Of a stretch of DNA of 64,000 bases, positions 56,795 to 64,000 are shown one piece after another. The stretch is from Myxococcota bacterium. GTDB lineage: Bacteria > Myxococcota_A > UBA796 > UBA2385. Position numbers and translations under genes: made by a program. The stretch spans positions 34,130-98,129 of the forward strand of contig CALOBC010000038.1 of assembly GCA_942491145.1 (NCBI GenBank), written 5' to 3'. Each line of letters begins with the position of its first letter. The first letter of the stretch is position 1. The notes below the pieces were generated by a model. That model had not been told where the DNA came from. It was given only the letters and a program-made list of their open reading frames with translations, and searched no databases.

Positions 56795-57207
56795 GGGGTC
56801 TCCTCGACGGCGTGTGCGTCAAGCTGTGCGAGGTGGCGGCCAAAGCGCCGCATGGTCCACGTGTGCGCTGGGCCGTGGCTGAGCCGGTACAGCCAGAGGG
56901 GCAGCGCCGGGCGGAAGTCGAGCAGGGCGGCCACGGCATGCTCCGGGGTGCAGGAGAAGCGGAAGTGCCCGCCGGGGCGCGCGAGCAGGCCCCCGCGGAC
57001 CGCATAGTCGGCGGGGCTCGTCGCTTGGAGCGTGATCGCCTGAGCCCCGAGAAGACTTATTACTACAGTATTATCGGCCACATTGACATGCACCAGCGGG
57101 CCCCATGCGCCGTCGAGCCAGGACCAGTACGACCGGGCCACAGACTCGGCGGTTCGGCCCGGAGAGACCGGGTAGCGGTGGACCGACTCGATGGTGGTGG
57201 GAGGCAT
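56791..57207 (-). CDS. Hypothetical protein resembling an SDR-associated accessory domain
   Basis: AVRGGLLAR..G.F.F..AALLDFRPALPLWLYRLSHGPAHTWTMRRFGRHL; ATGA coupling to the SDR gene. Confidence 0.6.
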   Translation of the reverse strand: MPPTTIESVHRYPVSPGRTAESVARSYWSWLDGAWGPLVHVNVADNTVVISLLGAQAITLQATSPADYAVRGGLLARPGGHFRFSCTPEHAVAALLDFRPALPLWLYRLSHGPAHTWTMRRFGRHLAQLDAHAVEETP

Positions 57208-57292
57208 GGACGGGCCGAGCAAGAGGAGAGAAGACTGGGCATGGCGTGGACCGAGCCGCCCGAGGTGGTGGCTGGCGTCGACGGGGGCGTAT

Positions 57293-57314
57293 ACCGTATA
57301 CAAACCATATACAA
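57293..57314. promoter_or_regulatory. Two tandem 11-bp direct repeats, CarH/CarA/LitR-type operator candidate
   Basis: ACCGTATACAA ACCATATACAA; both fit nnnnTnnACAn; AT-rich patch about 85 bp upstream of the 57207 start. Confidence 0.45.
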
Positions 57315-57432
57315 CCAGAAAGGTCAGTCCGGCCACTGGTTCGCCGGTGGGCCGTGCGGCGCCCCTGGACGCAGCGCTTGTCCGTCCTGCACAAGCTGCC
57401 GCCCTTCGGTTTTGAGTTGCAACAAGCCAACC

Positions 57433-58869
57433 CTACCGACCCGGTGGCACCCAGCCGCCCATGCTGCGCTCAAGGGCCTGGGCGACCGCCACCGTGACGT
57501 GGTCCTGTCCGGGGGCGCCGATGACTTGCACACCCAAGGGCAATCCCTCGTCACTCAGGCCCAGCGGCACCTGGGTCACCGGCAGCTCCATCACATTAAA
57601 CACACACACATGGGCGTAGTTGATGGGCGGAAACAAGGGGTGGTGGTGCTTGGGGGCGACCGTGGGGTAGCTGGGGTACAGCAGCACCCCGTCGCCGATG
57701 AGCGCGATCAGCTCGGCGCGCAGGGCCCCCCCTTCGGCGACCATCCGTGCGGTGCGCTTGGGGGTCCACTTGCCGACGTCTTCGAGCAACCCGAGGCCGA
57801 TGGCGGGCAGTGTGTGGGGGGACAGGCCCAGCACCCACCACAGCAGCTGGACCCCAAGCTCCCAGATCTGAGGGCGGCCCATCGTGGTGCGGAAGTCGCC
57901 GTGGCCTTGGGTCTCCCCGAGCATCGACGCCCAGATCTCGAGGGAGTGGTTGAGGCGGGGCAGGTCGTGGGCCCGAACGGACGCCCCCTGGTCGCCGAGT
58001 GCGCCGGCCGCCCGGGCGATGGCATCCGTGACATTGGCGGCCGTGCGCTGGGCGCCGCGGCCGGGCACCACCGTGACGGGCAGGTCCCGCAGAGACACCG
58101 CCGCCGGATCGCCCAGGGGCCAGTCCCGGCAGCCCGAGTCGATGCCATCGGGTCCGGCGAGGATCTTCACCAGCGGCCAGAGGTCGTCGGCCTTGCGGCA
58201 CAGCGGGCCGGTGGTGAGGTAGCGGAGGGCATCACCCTTGGCATTGGGGAACTGGCCCGAGCCGGGAATGAGCCCACCGGTGGGTTTGTGGCCGAACACA
58301 CCGTTGAAGTAGGCCGGCATGCGGATGCTGCCGCCGACATCGGAGCCCAGGCCGAACGGTGACGCCCCGGCCCCGATGATGGCGCCCTCCCCGCCGCTGC
58401 TGCCGCCGACCATCCGGGTGAGGTCGTAGGGGTTGTTGGTGCGCCCATAGACCTCATTGGACGACTCCATCCACATGCACAGCTCGGACGTGTTGGTGAC
58501 CCCCATGGGGATGGCGCCGGCGGCACGGTAGCGGCCCACTGCTGTGGCGTCTTCGGGGGCGCGGTGCGCGGTTCGGGACACCAAGCCGGCGGTCTGGGGC
58601 ATGCCGGTGAGGGCGAAGCACTCTTTGATGGTGCACGGCACGCCGTGGAGCGGCGGCAGGTCGTCCGGTCCCGCGAGTGCCCTGCGGGCGTCGGCGGCCT
58701 CGGCCTCTTGCCGGGCTTCGGCAAAGCGGGGGTAGACCACGGCGTTGAGGTCCGGGTTGACCCGCTCAACTTCCGCGATGTGGGCGTCGACGACCTCTCG
58801 GCTGCTCCACCGCCCTGCGCGGATGCCTGCGGCGAGCTCGGTGGCGCTGATGGTCAGGAGGTCGGACAT
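57433..58869 (-). CDS. Amidase signature family protein (fatty acid amide hydrolase-like)
   Basis: LHGVPCTIKE (Lys), GGSSGGEG, GSDVGGSIRMPA, GVFGHKPT, GLPLGVQVIG. Confidence 0.93.
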   Translation of the reverse strand: MSDLLTISATELAAGIRAGRWSSREVVDAHIAEVERVNPDLNAVVYPRFAEARQEAEAADARRALAGPDDLPPLHGVPCTIKECFALTGMPQTAGLVSRTAHRAPEDATAVGRYRAAGAIPMGVTNTSELCMWMESSNEVYGRTNNPYDLTRMVGGSSGGEGAIIGAGASPFGLGSDVGGSIRMPAYFNGVFGHKPTGGLIPGSGQFPNAKGDALRYLTTGPLCRKADDLWPLVKILAGPDGIDSGCRDWPLGDPAAVSLRDLPVTVVPGRGAQRTAANVTDAIARAAGALGDQGASVRAHDLPRLNHSLEIWASMLGETQGHGDFRTTMGRPQIWELGVQLLWWVLGLSPHTLPAIGLGLLEDVGKWTPKRTARMVAEGGALRAELIALIGDGVLLYPSYPTVAPKHHHPLFPPINYAHVCVFNVMELPVTQVPLGLSDEGLPLGVQVIGAPGQDHVTVAVAQALERSMGGWVPPGR

Positions 58870-59017
58870 ACCGGCCAACCTACCAGAGCCGCGTCGGCGT
58901 CGGGGCCGGCGCCGGGTTGGGCTGGGCCCCGGACGACGTCGGCGGAGCTCATGGCCTGTGGAAGCGCGCTATGGCCCCGTGGCCGGTTGGACCCCGCAGG
59001 CGGGCGTCGGAGGCCCA

Positions 59018-59794
59018 ATGCAGAAGTGGAAGCGTCGGCTGTTGGGCGGGCTCGTCGTCGTGGTGCTGGGCGTGCCTTGTGCGTTGTGGGCCCTTGCGGC
59101 GGGCTTGTCCAAGTCCCGGCCCGTGGGGCAAGAGGGGCCGGGTGCGCAAGTCCTGGCCGACCGAATGGAGTCGTCGGTCGAGCTGGCGGCATGGTCCCGC
59201 ACGGGTGCCGTGTCGTGGACATTTTCCGGCCGAAACACCCACCTGTGGGACCGGCAGCGCCACCTCGACCGCGTGCAGACCGGCGACCGAACGACCCTCA
59301 TCGACCTTCACGCCAGGGACGGGCGGGCCTGGGACGGGGATGCCGAACTGCACGGGAACGCTCGCGTGGAGGCCGTTCAGGATGCATGGGGCCAGTGGGC
59401 CAACGACAGCTTCTGGCTCAACCCTGTCGCCAAGCTGCACGATGACGGCGTGGTGCTGAAGCGTGTGGAGACTGCGGATCACGGGCCTGGCTTGCTCGTG
59501 GAGTACGCCAGCGGCGGTGTCACGCCGGGGGATGCGTATCTTTGGCACCTCGACGACACGGGGCGGCCGGTGGCGTGGACCATGTGGGCCCAGATCTTGC
59601 CCATTCAAGGCATGTGGGCGTCCTGGGCGGGGTGGACGCAGCTGTCGACCGGCGCATGGGTGGCCACCGACCACACGCTCGGGCCCGTGTCGCTGCAATT
59701 GACCGACGTGGTGGGTGCCGAGACCCTTGCCGCGCTCACGGGTGGAGACGACCCCTTCCTGCCCATCCTCGGCGCAGCAGCCACCAGCCCGTAG
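59018..59794 (+). CDS. Membrane-anchored hypothetical protein
   Basis: GGAGG RBS, N-terminal TM helix, NDSFWLNPVAKL..GVTPGDAYLW. Confidence 0.7.
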   Translation: MQKWKRRLLGGLVVVVLGVPCALWALAAGLSKSRPVGQEGPGAQVLADRMESSVELAAWSRTGAVSWTFSGRNTHLWDRQRHLDRVQTGDRTTLIDLHARDGRAWDGDAELHGNARVEAVQDAWGQWANDSFWLNPVAKLHDDGVVLKRVETADHGPGLLVEYASGGVTPGDAYLWHLDDTGRPVAWTMWAQILPIQGMWASWAGWTQLSTGAWVATDHTLGPVSLQLTDVVGAETLAALTGGDDPFLPILGAAATSP

Positions 59795-59867
59795 GCCACA
59801 TCTCCACACGACCTCCACTGGCAGCCTCGGCCCCAACGCCGCATATTGCAGGCCCAAAGGAACCGAC

Positions 59868-60188
59868 ATGCGCCAGACTTTTCCCTTCGCCCATCCCCGC
59901 CACAAGCCGCCTCAAGCGGTCGCTGCGCTCAAAAACCAGATCCGGAAGTACCTCAAGCGGGAGCGCCGCAAGCCGCTGCCCGATGGCGTGGACTACTGGG
60001 ACTTCGACTGCAAGATCGGTCCGAGCGAAGAGGATGCAGCGCCGGCCCATGTGGCTGAGCTGGTCCCGAAGCTCGATGCACTGCACGCCGACGGCAGCAC
60101 CCACGTGTACGTCGAGATCTTGGCGAAGCCGGGGTACCGCAAGCACAACGGCGTCGCCAAGCGTGCGTCCGCCAAGAATACCCACTAA
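59868..60188 (+). CDS. DUF6172-like small basic protein
   Basis: KNQIRKYLKRERRKPLPDGVDYWDFDCKIG..YVEILAKPG. Confidence 0.75.
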   Translation: MRQTFPFAHPRHKPPQAVAALKNQIRKYLKRERRKPLPDGVDYWDFDCKIGPSEEDAAPAHVAELVPKLDALHADGSTHVYVEILAKPGYRKHNGVAKRASAKNTH

Positions 60189-60215
60189 CACTGCTTCTTC
60201 GCGCCCAGGGGGGCC

Positions 60216-60854
60216 ATGGACACGTTCGCCGACGCCGATGACTGGTACGCCCGCCGTGAGAGCTGGCACGAGGAAGTGGCCGCACTTCGGGTCATGGCGC
60301 TCGAAGCCGGCCTCACCGAGACGCTGAAGTGGCGCCATCCCTGCTACATGGCTCACGGCAAGAACGTGCTCATCATCGGTGTTCGCAAGGCTCATGCCGT
60401 GGCGAGCTTCCTCAGCGGCTCGCTCATCGACGACCCCCAAGGGCGGCTGGTGCAGCCGGGCCAAGACCGCTCGGTGCGCTACCTGCCCTTGGACTGCCTC
60501 GACCAAGTCCAGGCCGATCGGGCCTACCTTGAGACACTGCTCGTCCGGGCCATCGAGGTCGCCCGGCTGGGGCTGCGGGTCGAGCCTCTCCCCGACGACT
60601 TCGAGTATGTCGAGGAGCTGCAGGAACGGCTCAGTGCGGACCCCGAGTTCGCCGCGGCCTTCGAGGCCCTCACGCCGGGCCGGCGACGGGGCTACAACCT
60701 CCACTTCGGTCGAGCGAAGCAGTCCGCCACGCGGGAGTCCCGCATCACGGCGAGCACCGAGCGCATCCTCTTGGGCAGGGGCCACATGGACTGCATCTGT
60801 GGCCGCAGCAAGCACAAGCCCCGCTGTGACGGGACCCACCGCACGCCGGCCTGA
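60216..60854 (+). CDS. YdeI/OmpD-associated family protein with a C-terminal CDGSH-type Fe-S motif
   Basis: ETLKWRHPCY, FEALTPGRRRGYNLHFGRAKQSATRESRI, CICGRSKHKPRCDGTH. Confidence 0.85.
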   Translation: MDTFADADDWYARRESWHEEVAALRVMALEAGLTETLKWRHPCYMAHGKNVLIIGVRKAHAVASFLSGSLIDDPQGRLVQPGQDRSVRYLPLDCLDQVQADRAYLETLLVRAIEVARLGLRVEPLPDDFEYVEELQERLSADPEFAAAFEALTPGRRRGYNLHFGRAKQSATRESRITASTERILLGRGHMDCICGRSKHKPRCDGTHRTPA

Positions 60855-60886
60855 GCCCCGTCTCGCTGGGTCCTGCGCGCCGGCCG

Positions 60887-62350
60887 CTACTGCTTGCCCA
60901 TGCAGATCACCGACCGGGTGCCCGTCGAGCAGCACGAGCCGGGGTTGAACGGCGCGTTGCTGCTGCTGCCGCACGCAAAGGTCTTCGAGCAGTACTGGCA
61001 GATGGGCCAAGCGCCGGGGGAGCTCGTGCAGGTCTGGTGGGTGCCGGAGGTGCCCGTGGCCACAATGGTCCAGCTGTTCATGTCGGGCAGCACCGACGTC
61101 GTGCTCCAGAGGTCGCCGTTGTCGATCTGCCGGCCGTTGCGGTCATAGACCCGGTCGCCGCGGGACGCGTCGTAGTCCACGTAGTCCTTGGCGTCTTCGC
61201 TGGATGTTGAGTACACAACCCGGAAGTCGCTGCCCGAGATGCCGTTGCTGCCGGCGTAAGACGCGCAGTACGCGTCGGCGGCGATGCGGGTCTGGATCCA
61301 CGAGCTGGACGAGCTTCCGATCACCTGGGCGGTGACAAACAACACATAGTCACTGGACCCTGAGTCGGTGGTGACGCTGGTGCTCGCGGGGGTGCCGTCG
61401 TCCTCTCCATCATTGGGGGTTGCGGTACACACCCACGTCTCGCCGTAGCCCACATCGTCGCCGTCGACCGTGTCGTCGGTCCAGGTGGTGGTGCTCGGCC
61501 CGACCCAGCCAGGGGCGCCCGAGTCGAGGCCCGAGTCCAGCGAGCTGCCGGCTTGGTAGGCCACCCCGTCCACCGTCCACGCCATGGCGTAGGTGATGCT
61601 GTCCAAGTCCGCGTCGGTGCTCGCCGTCGTGATGCTGCACACCAGCGCGTCCCCGAACGTGGGCGCCGACGGGGTGATGACCACCGTGGGCGCCGTGGGG
61701 AGGGTGTTGAGCACGGTGACCCCCGAAGCGGTCAGGCTCGTCGTGTCTGCACCATCGCTTGCATTGGCCTGCACGGTCACCGTCTCGTGCTTGTCGAACC
61801 AAGCGCCGCCCGAGAGTGTCGTGCTGGTGCCGGTCTGGACCAACACGCTGTCGACATACCAGTCGTAGGACATCGTGATGGGGTCGCCGTCGGGATCACT
61901 GGCCGTTGCCGACACGGTGGCGGTGTCGTTGGTGTAGAGGGTCGTCGGGCTGAGGGTGACCGAAGAGAACACCGGTGCGTCGTTGGTGACCGTGACCGAG
62001 GCGGTGTCGGTGGTGCTGCCGCCTTTGCTGTCTTCGGACGTGGCCGCACACTGCACGGTCTGGCCCGACGAGAACATGCCGGCGAGGGTGCTGGTGAGGC
62101 CCGACGTGGTGGACGCCGGAACCGACATGCTCGCCACAGTCCATGCAAACGTGGTGGTCAAGCTGTCGCCATCGTCATCGGAGACGGTGGCCGTGCACGT
62201 CAGCGTGTCGCTGGAGCTCACCGAGGTGCTGGGCGTGAGGCTGACCGACACGTCAGGGGCGCGGTTGTCGACGGTGAGGGTGGCGCTGCCTGTGATGGTG
62301 CCGCCGTCGGTGTCGGTGGCCGTGGCTGTGCACCGCACCGTCTCTGCGGG
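60887..62350 (-). CDS. Partial (5'-truncated) secreted protein with tandem Ig-like repeats and a Cys-rich endostatin/DUF1554-like C-terminal domain
   Basis: Repeats NxxPxxxxVxxxP..D.LxC..sD.DGD.....W; C-terminal YVLFVT..AADAYC. The ORF-track N-terminus (62351-62479) comes from the other side of the junction. Confidence 0.75.
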   Translation of the reverse strand, partial: PAETVRCTATATDTDGGTITGSATLTVDNRAPDVSVSLTPSTSVSSSDTLTCTATVSDDDGDSLTTTFAWTVASMSVPASTTSGLTSTLAGMFSSGQTVQCAATSEDSKGGSTTDTASVTVTNDAPVFSSVTLSPTTLYTNDTATVSATASDPDGDPITMSYDWYVDSVLVQTGTSTTLSGGAWFDKHETVTVQANASDGADTTSLTASGVTVLNTLPTAPTVVITPSAPTFGDALVCSITTASTDADLDSITYAMAWTVDGVAYQAGSSLDSGLDSGAPGWVGPSTTTWTDDTVDGDDVGYGETWVCTATPNDGEDDGTPASTSVTTDSGSSDYVLFVTAQVIGSSSSSWIQTRIAADAYCASYAGSNGISGSDFRVVYSTSSEDAKDYVDYDASRGDRVYDRNGRQIDNGDLWSTTSVLPDMNSWTIVATGTSGTHQTCTSSPGAWPICQYCSKTFACGSSSNAPFNPGSCCSTGTRSVICMGKQ

Positions 62351-62356
62351 GAGGTT
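62345..62356. other. Abrupt sequence junction (probable chimeric or concatenation join)
   Basis: Base composition and codon style change sharply; a gene is truncated on each side; no att site, repeat or mobile gene seen. Confidence 0.8.
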
Positions 62357-63105
62357 CGTCCGTCGGAACCGAGCGAACCATTGGAGTCTCCTTCGACGAG
62401 AACGGCAATTTCGGAAACGGGACGGCTGGGGAGGATGAAGTACCGTCCCCTGACGAAGGATCCCGCGGGAAGGTTCCACTCCTCCACGGCATTTTCCCCG
62501 ATAAAAAGGCGTTCCTGCTTCTCGGTAGGATCGAACCGGAGGAGAAGTTCGTGCTCCGACCCTTGGGGGGTAAAGCGTCCCGAAAAACCCAGCCCGTTCT
62601 CCGGCGTATCCGAAACATCGAGGGCGGCGAATTGTCCCATATCAATTTCACTGTTCCCGATGCGAACGCTCTGAAGAAATTCCCCTTCTTGCCCTTGATA
62701 ACCCAGGAGAAAGGTGCTTTCCTCCCAATTTTCGGAAAAGGAGGTTTCCAGGAAATAGCGATCGAAGAGCCAGAGAGAGAGGGTGAGGTCGGGGGTTTGC
62801 TCCCAGGCGAAACCGGTGGTGAAATTCGTCGGGGCGGCGCCTGGGAAAAACCCCTCCTTTGGGGAGTAGCCGAATCCCACTCCTCCGATGAAACTGAAGT
62901 TCCAGGAACCCTCCAGGAAAAGAACCACATCTTCATCCTCCGGCGTCAGGGCAAAAAGGGTCGGCGCCGCCTCTTCTTCGGGGAGGGGAACATCATAAGC
63001 TTCGACATGAGGTCCCATGAGGGGAAAAAGGAGTATACAGAACAGAGATAAAAGGTTTTTTCGGCTCACAAAAGCTACTATACCGTAGATTTGCCTCAAT
63101 ATCAT
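62351..63105 (-). CDS. N-terminal fragment of a large exported protein of spirochaete-like type, cut at the junction
   Basis: Signal peptide, WEQTPDLTLSLWLFDRYFLE, FLLGYQGQEGEFLQSVRIGN; after ..GSDGRT the frame runs into unrelated GC-rich sequence. Confidence 0.65.
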
Positions 63106-63141
63106 TGATTTTATAGCCCCATTGGACGATAGATATTAGAA

Positions 63142-64000
63142 ATGAGCGATGAACTTATCAAAGCCACGGGCTTCGTAGAACGATTATTGACAAATCCCAC
63201 CCTGGGCGCCCTGCCCCCTCTCCAGAAGGAGGAACAGATCCTTCAGTTCCTTCAGCTGAATGCCAAGGCGCTTTTCCCCACCCTGTCATCATCCAAGTTT
63301 TTTCCCGGATATAATTGGGAGCAAATCCGTTTTATCCTGGAAAGGGCGTTGATGGAGCAGGTCAATCGGACGCTGCTGCCTCAGCTTCAGAACCTGGTGC
63401 AGGAGAAGCTGGATCTCTCTTTCATCGGACTCATGCGCCAACAGAGTGTCCCCGGGGAATCGATCAAGGCCGAGCTGTTTGCCTTCATAACCGAGCTGCT
63501 GGCCAATCCCCATGTCCGCCGGGAATTTTCCGGAAGCTACAACAGCCTGGTCTACCGCGTCACCGATAAATACATCGATCAGGTTTTTAATCGGAAAGAG
63601 TATGTTCACTTCGAGATTACCAAGGTGCAGCGGCTCCGGATGGGAAAGGAGGAAGTGAAGAATCTGGTTCGACTCTCCCTTCTCCTGAAACCGACGGTTT
63701 ATCTCTTCGTCGTACCGGGCCAACATGGGCAGCAGGAAATCCAGAAGAGTTTTACTCAACCGAAATTTGCCGAAAGAGTCCAGCTGAGCCTTCAGGACAA
63801 GCTGCGGAGCCTTCCCCCGGAGATCGTATCCAGTTCGGTAAACAGCAACCTCTCCTTTTTGGAGAATAACAAAATGGAAGCCACCTCCCGGATCTCCGCC
63901 ATCATCAACAATATGTGCCGGAATTACAAACCGAACATGAAACGGGATCGGGGGGCGGACACCATGGAGAAGAGCTGGTTGAGCGTCGCCCGCCGGAACT
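63142..64000 (+). CDS. Conserved hypothetical protein of spirochaete-like type; runs off the window end
   Basis: Translated by hand from ATG 63142: MSDELIKATGFVERLLTNPTLGALPPLQKEEQILQFL...EITKVQRLRM...EKSWLSVARRN, with no stop. Taxonomic resemblance is from memory and unverified. Confidence 0.7.
   Translation, partial: MSDELIKATGFVERLLTNPTLGALPPLQKEEQILQFLQLNAKALFPTLSSSKFFPGYNWEQIRFILERALMEQVNRTLLPQLQNLVQEKLDLSFIGLMRQQSVPGESIKAELFAFITELLANPHVRREFSGSYNSLVYRVTDKYIDQVFNRKEYVHFEITKVQRLRMGKEEVKNLVRLSLLLKPTVYLFVVPGQHGQQEIQKSFTQPKFAERVQLSLQDKLRSLPPEIVSSSVNSNLSFLENNKMEATSRISAIINNMCRNYKPNMKRDRGADTMEKSWLSVARRN

Noticed and set aside
57050-57090. Short AT-rich patch suggesting a foreign insert
   Set aside because: Lies in frame within the 56791-57207 gene (NVADNTVVISLL), too short and with no boundary features

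Overview
Bases 1 to ~62,350 are very GC-rich (about 70% by eye) chromosomal DNA, almost certainly from a Myxococcota (myxobacteria-like) organism. The evidence is three MYXO-CTERM-type tails, many lipoproteins with acidic low-complexity linkers and MopE-like Cys/Asp repeats, and a Ser/Thr kinase. The region holds about 50 CDS: signalling proteins, hydrolases, transporters, DusA and DusB, and a 7Fe ferredoxin. At ~62,350 the sequence switches abruptly, in the middle of two genes, to lower-GC DNA whose proteins look spirochaetal, most likely a chimeric or concatenation join. No rRNA, tRNA, CRISPR array, integrase or transposase was recognised. Best leads: (1) a two-gene, four-domain lipid assembly line (oxoamine synthase-GNAT fusion plus ACP-fatty acyl-AMP ligase fusion) resembling a fused ceramide-type pathway; (2) a subtilisin with five invariant GLASSPLG repeats and a coiled-coil insert; (3) a six-gene operon linking cytochrome c, split DUF1592-like and DUF1501 genes to an FG-GAP protein and a vitamin K-dependent carboxylase homologue; (4) an effector-less NACHT-LRR protein with degenerate nucleotide-binding motifs; (5) two tandem isoprenoid-synthase-fold genes, one with a 32-Cys tail; (6) a ~500-nt hairpin-dense intergenic region. 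All family calls come from motif recognition by eye, not database searches. Many start codons were re-picked from the ORF track.
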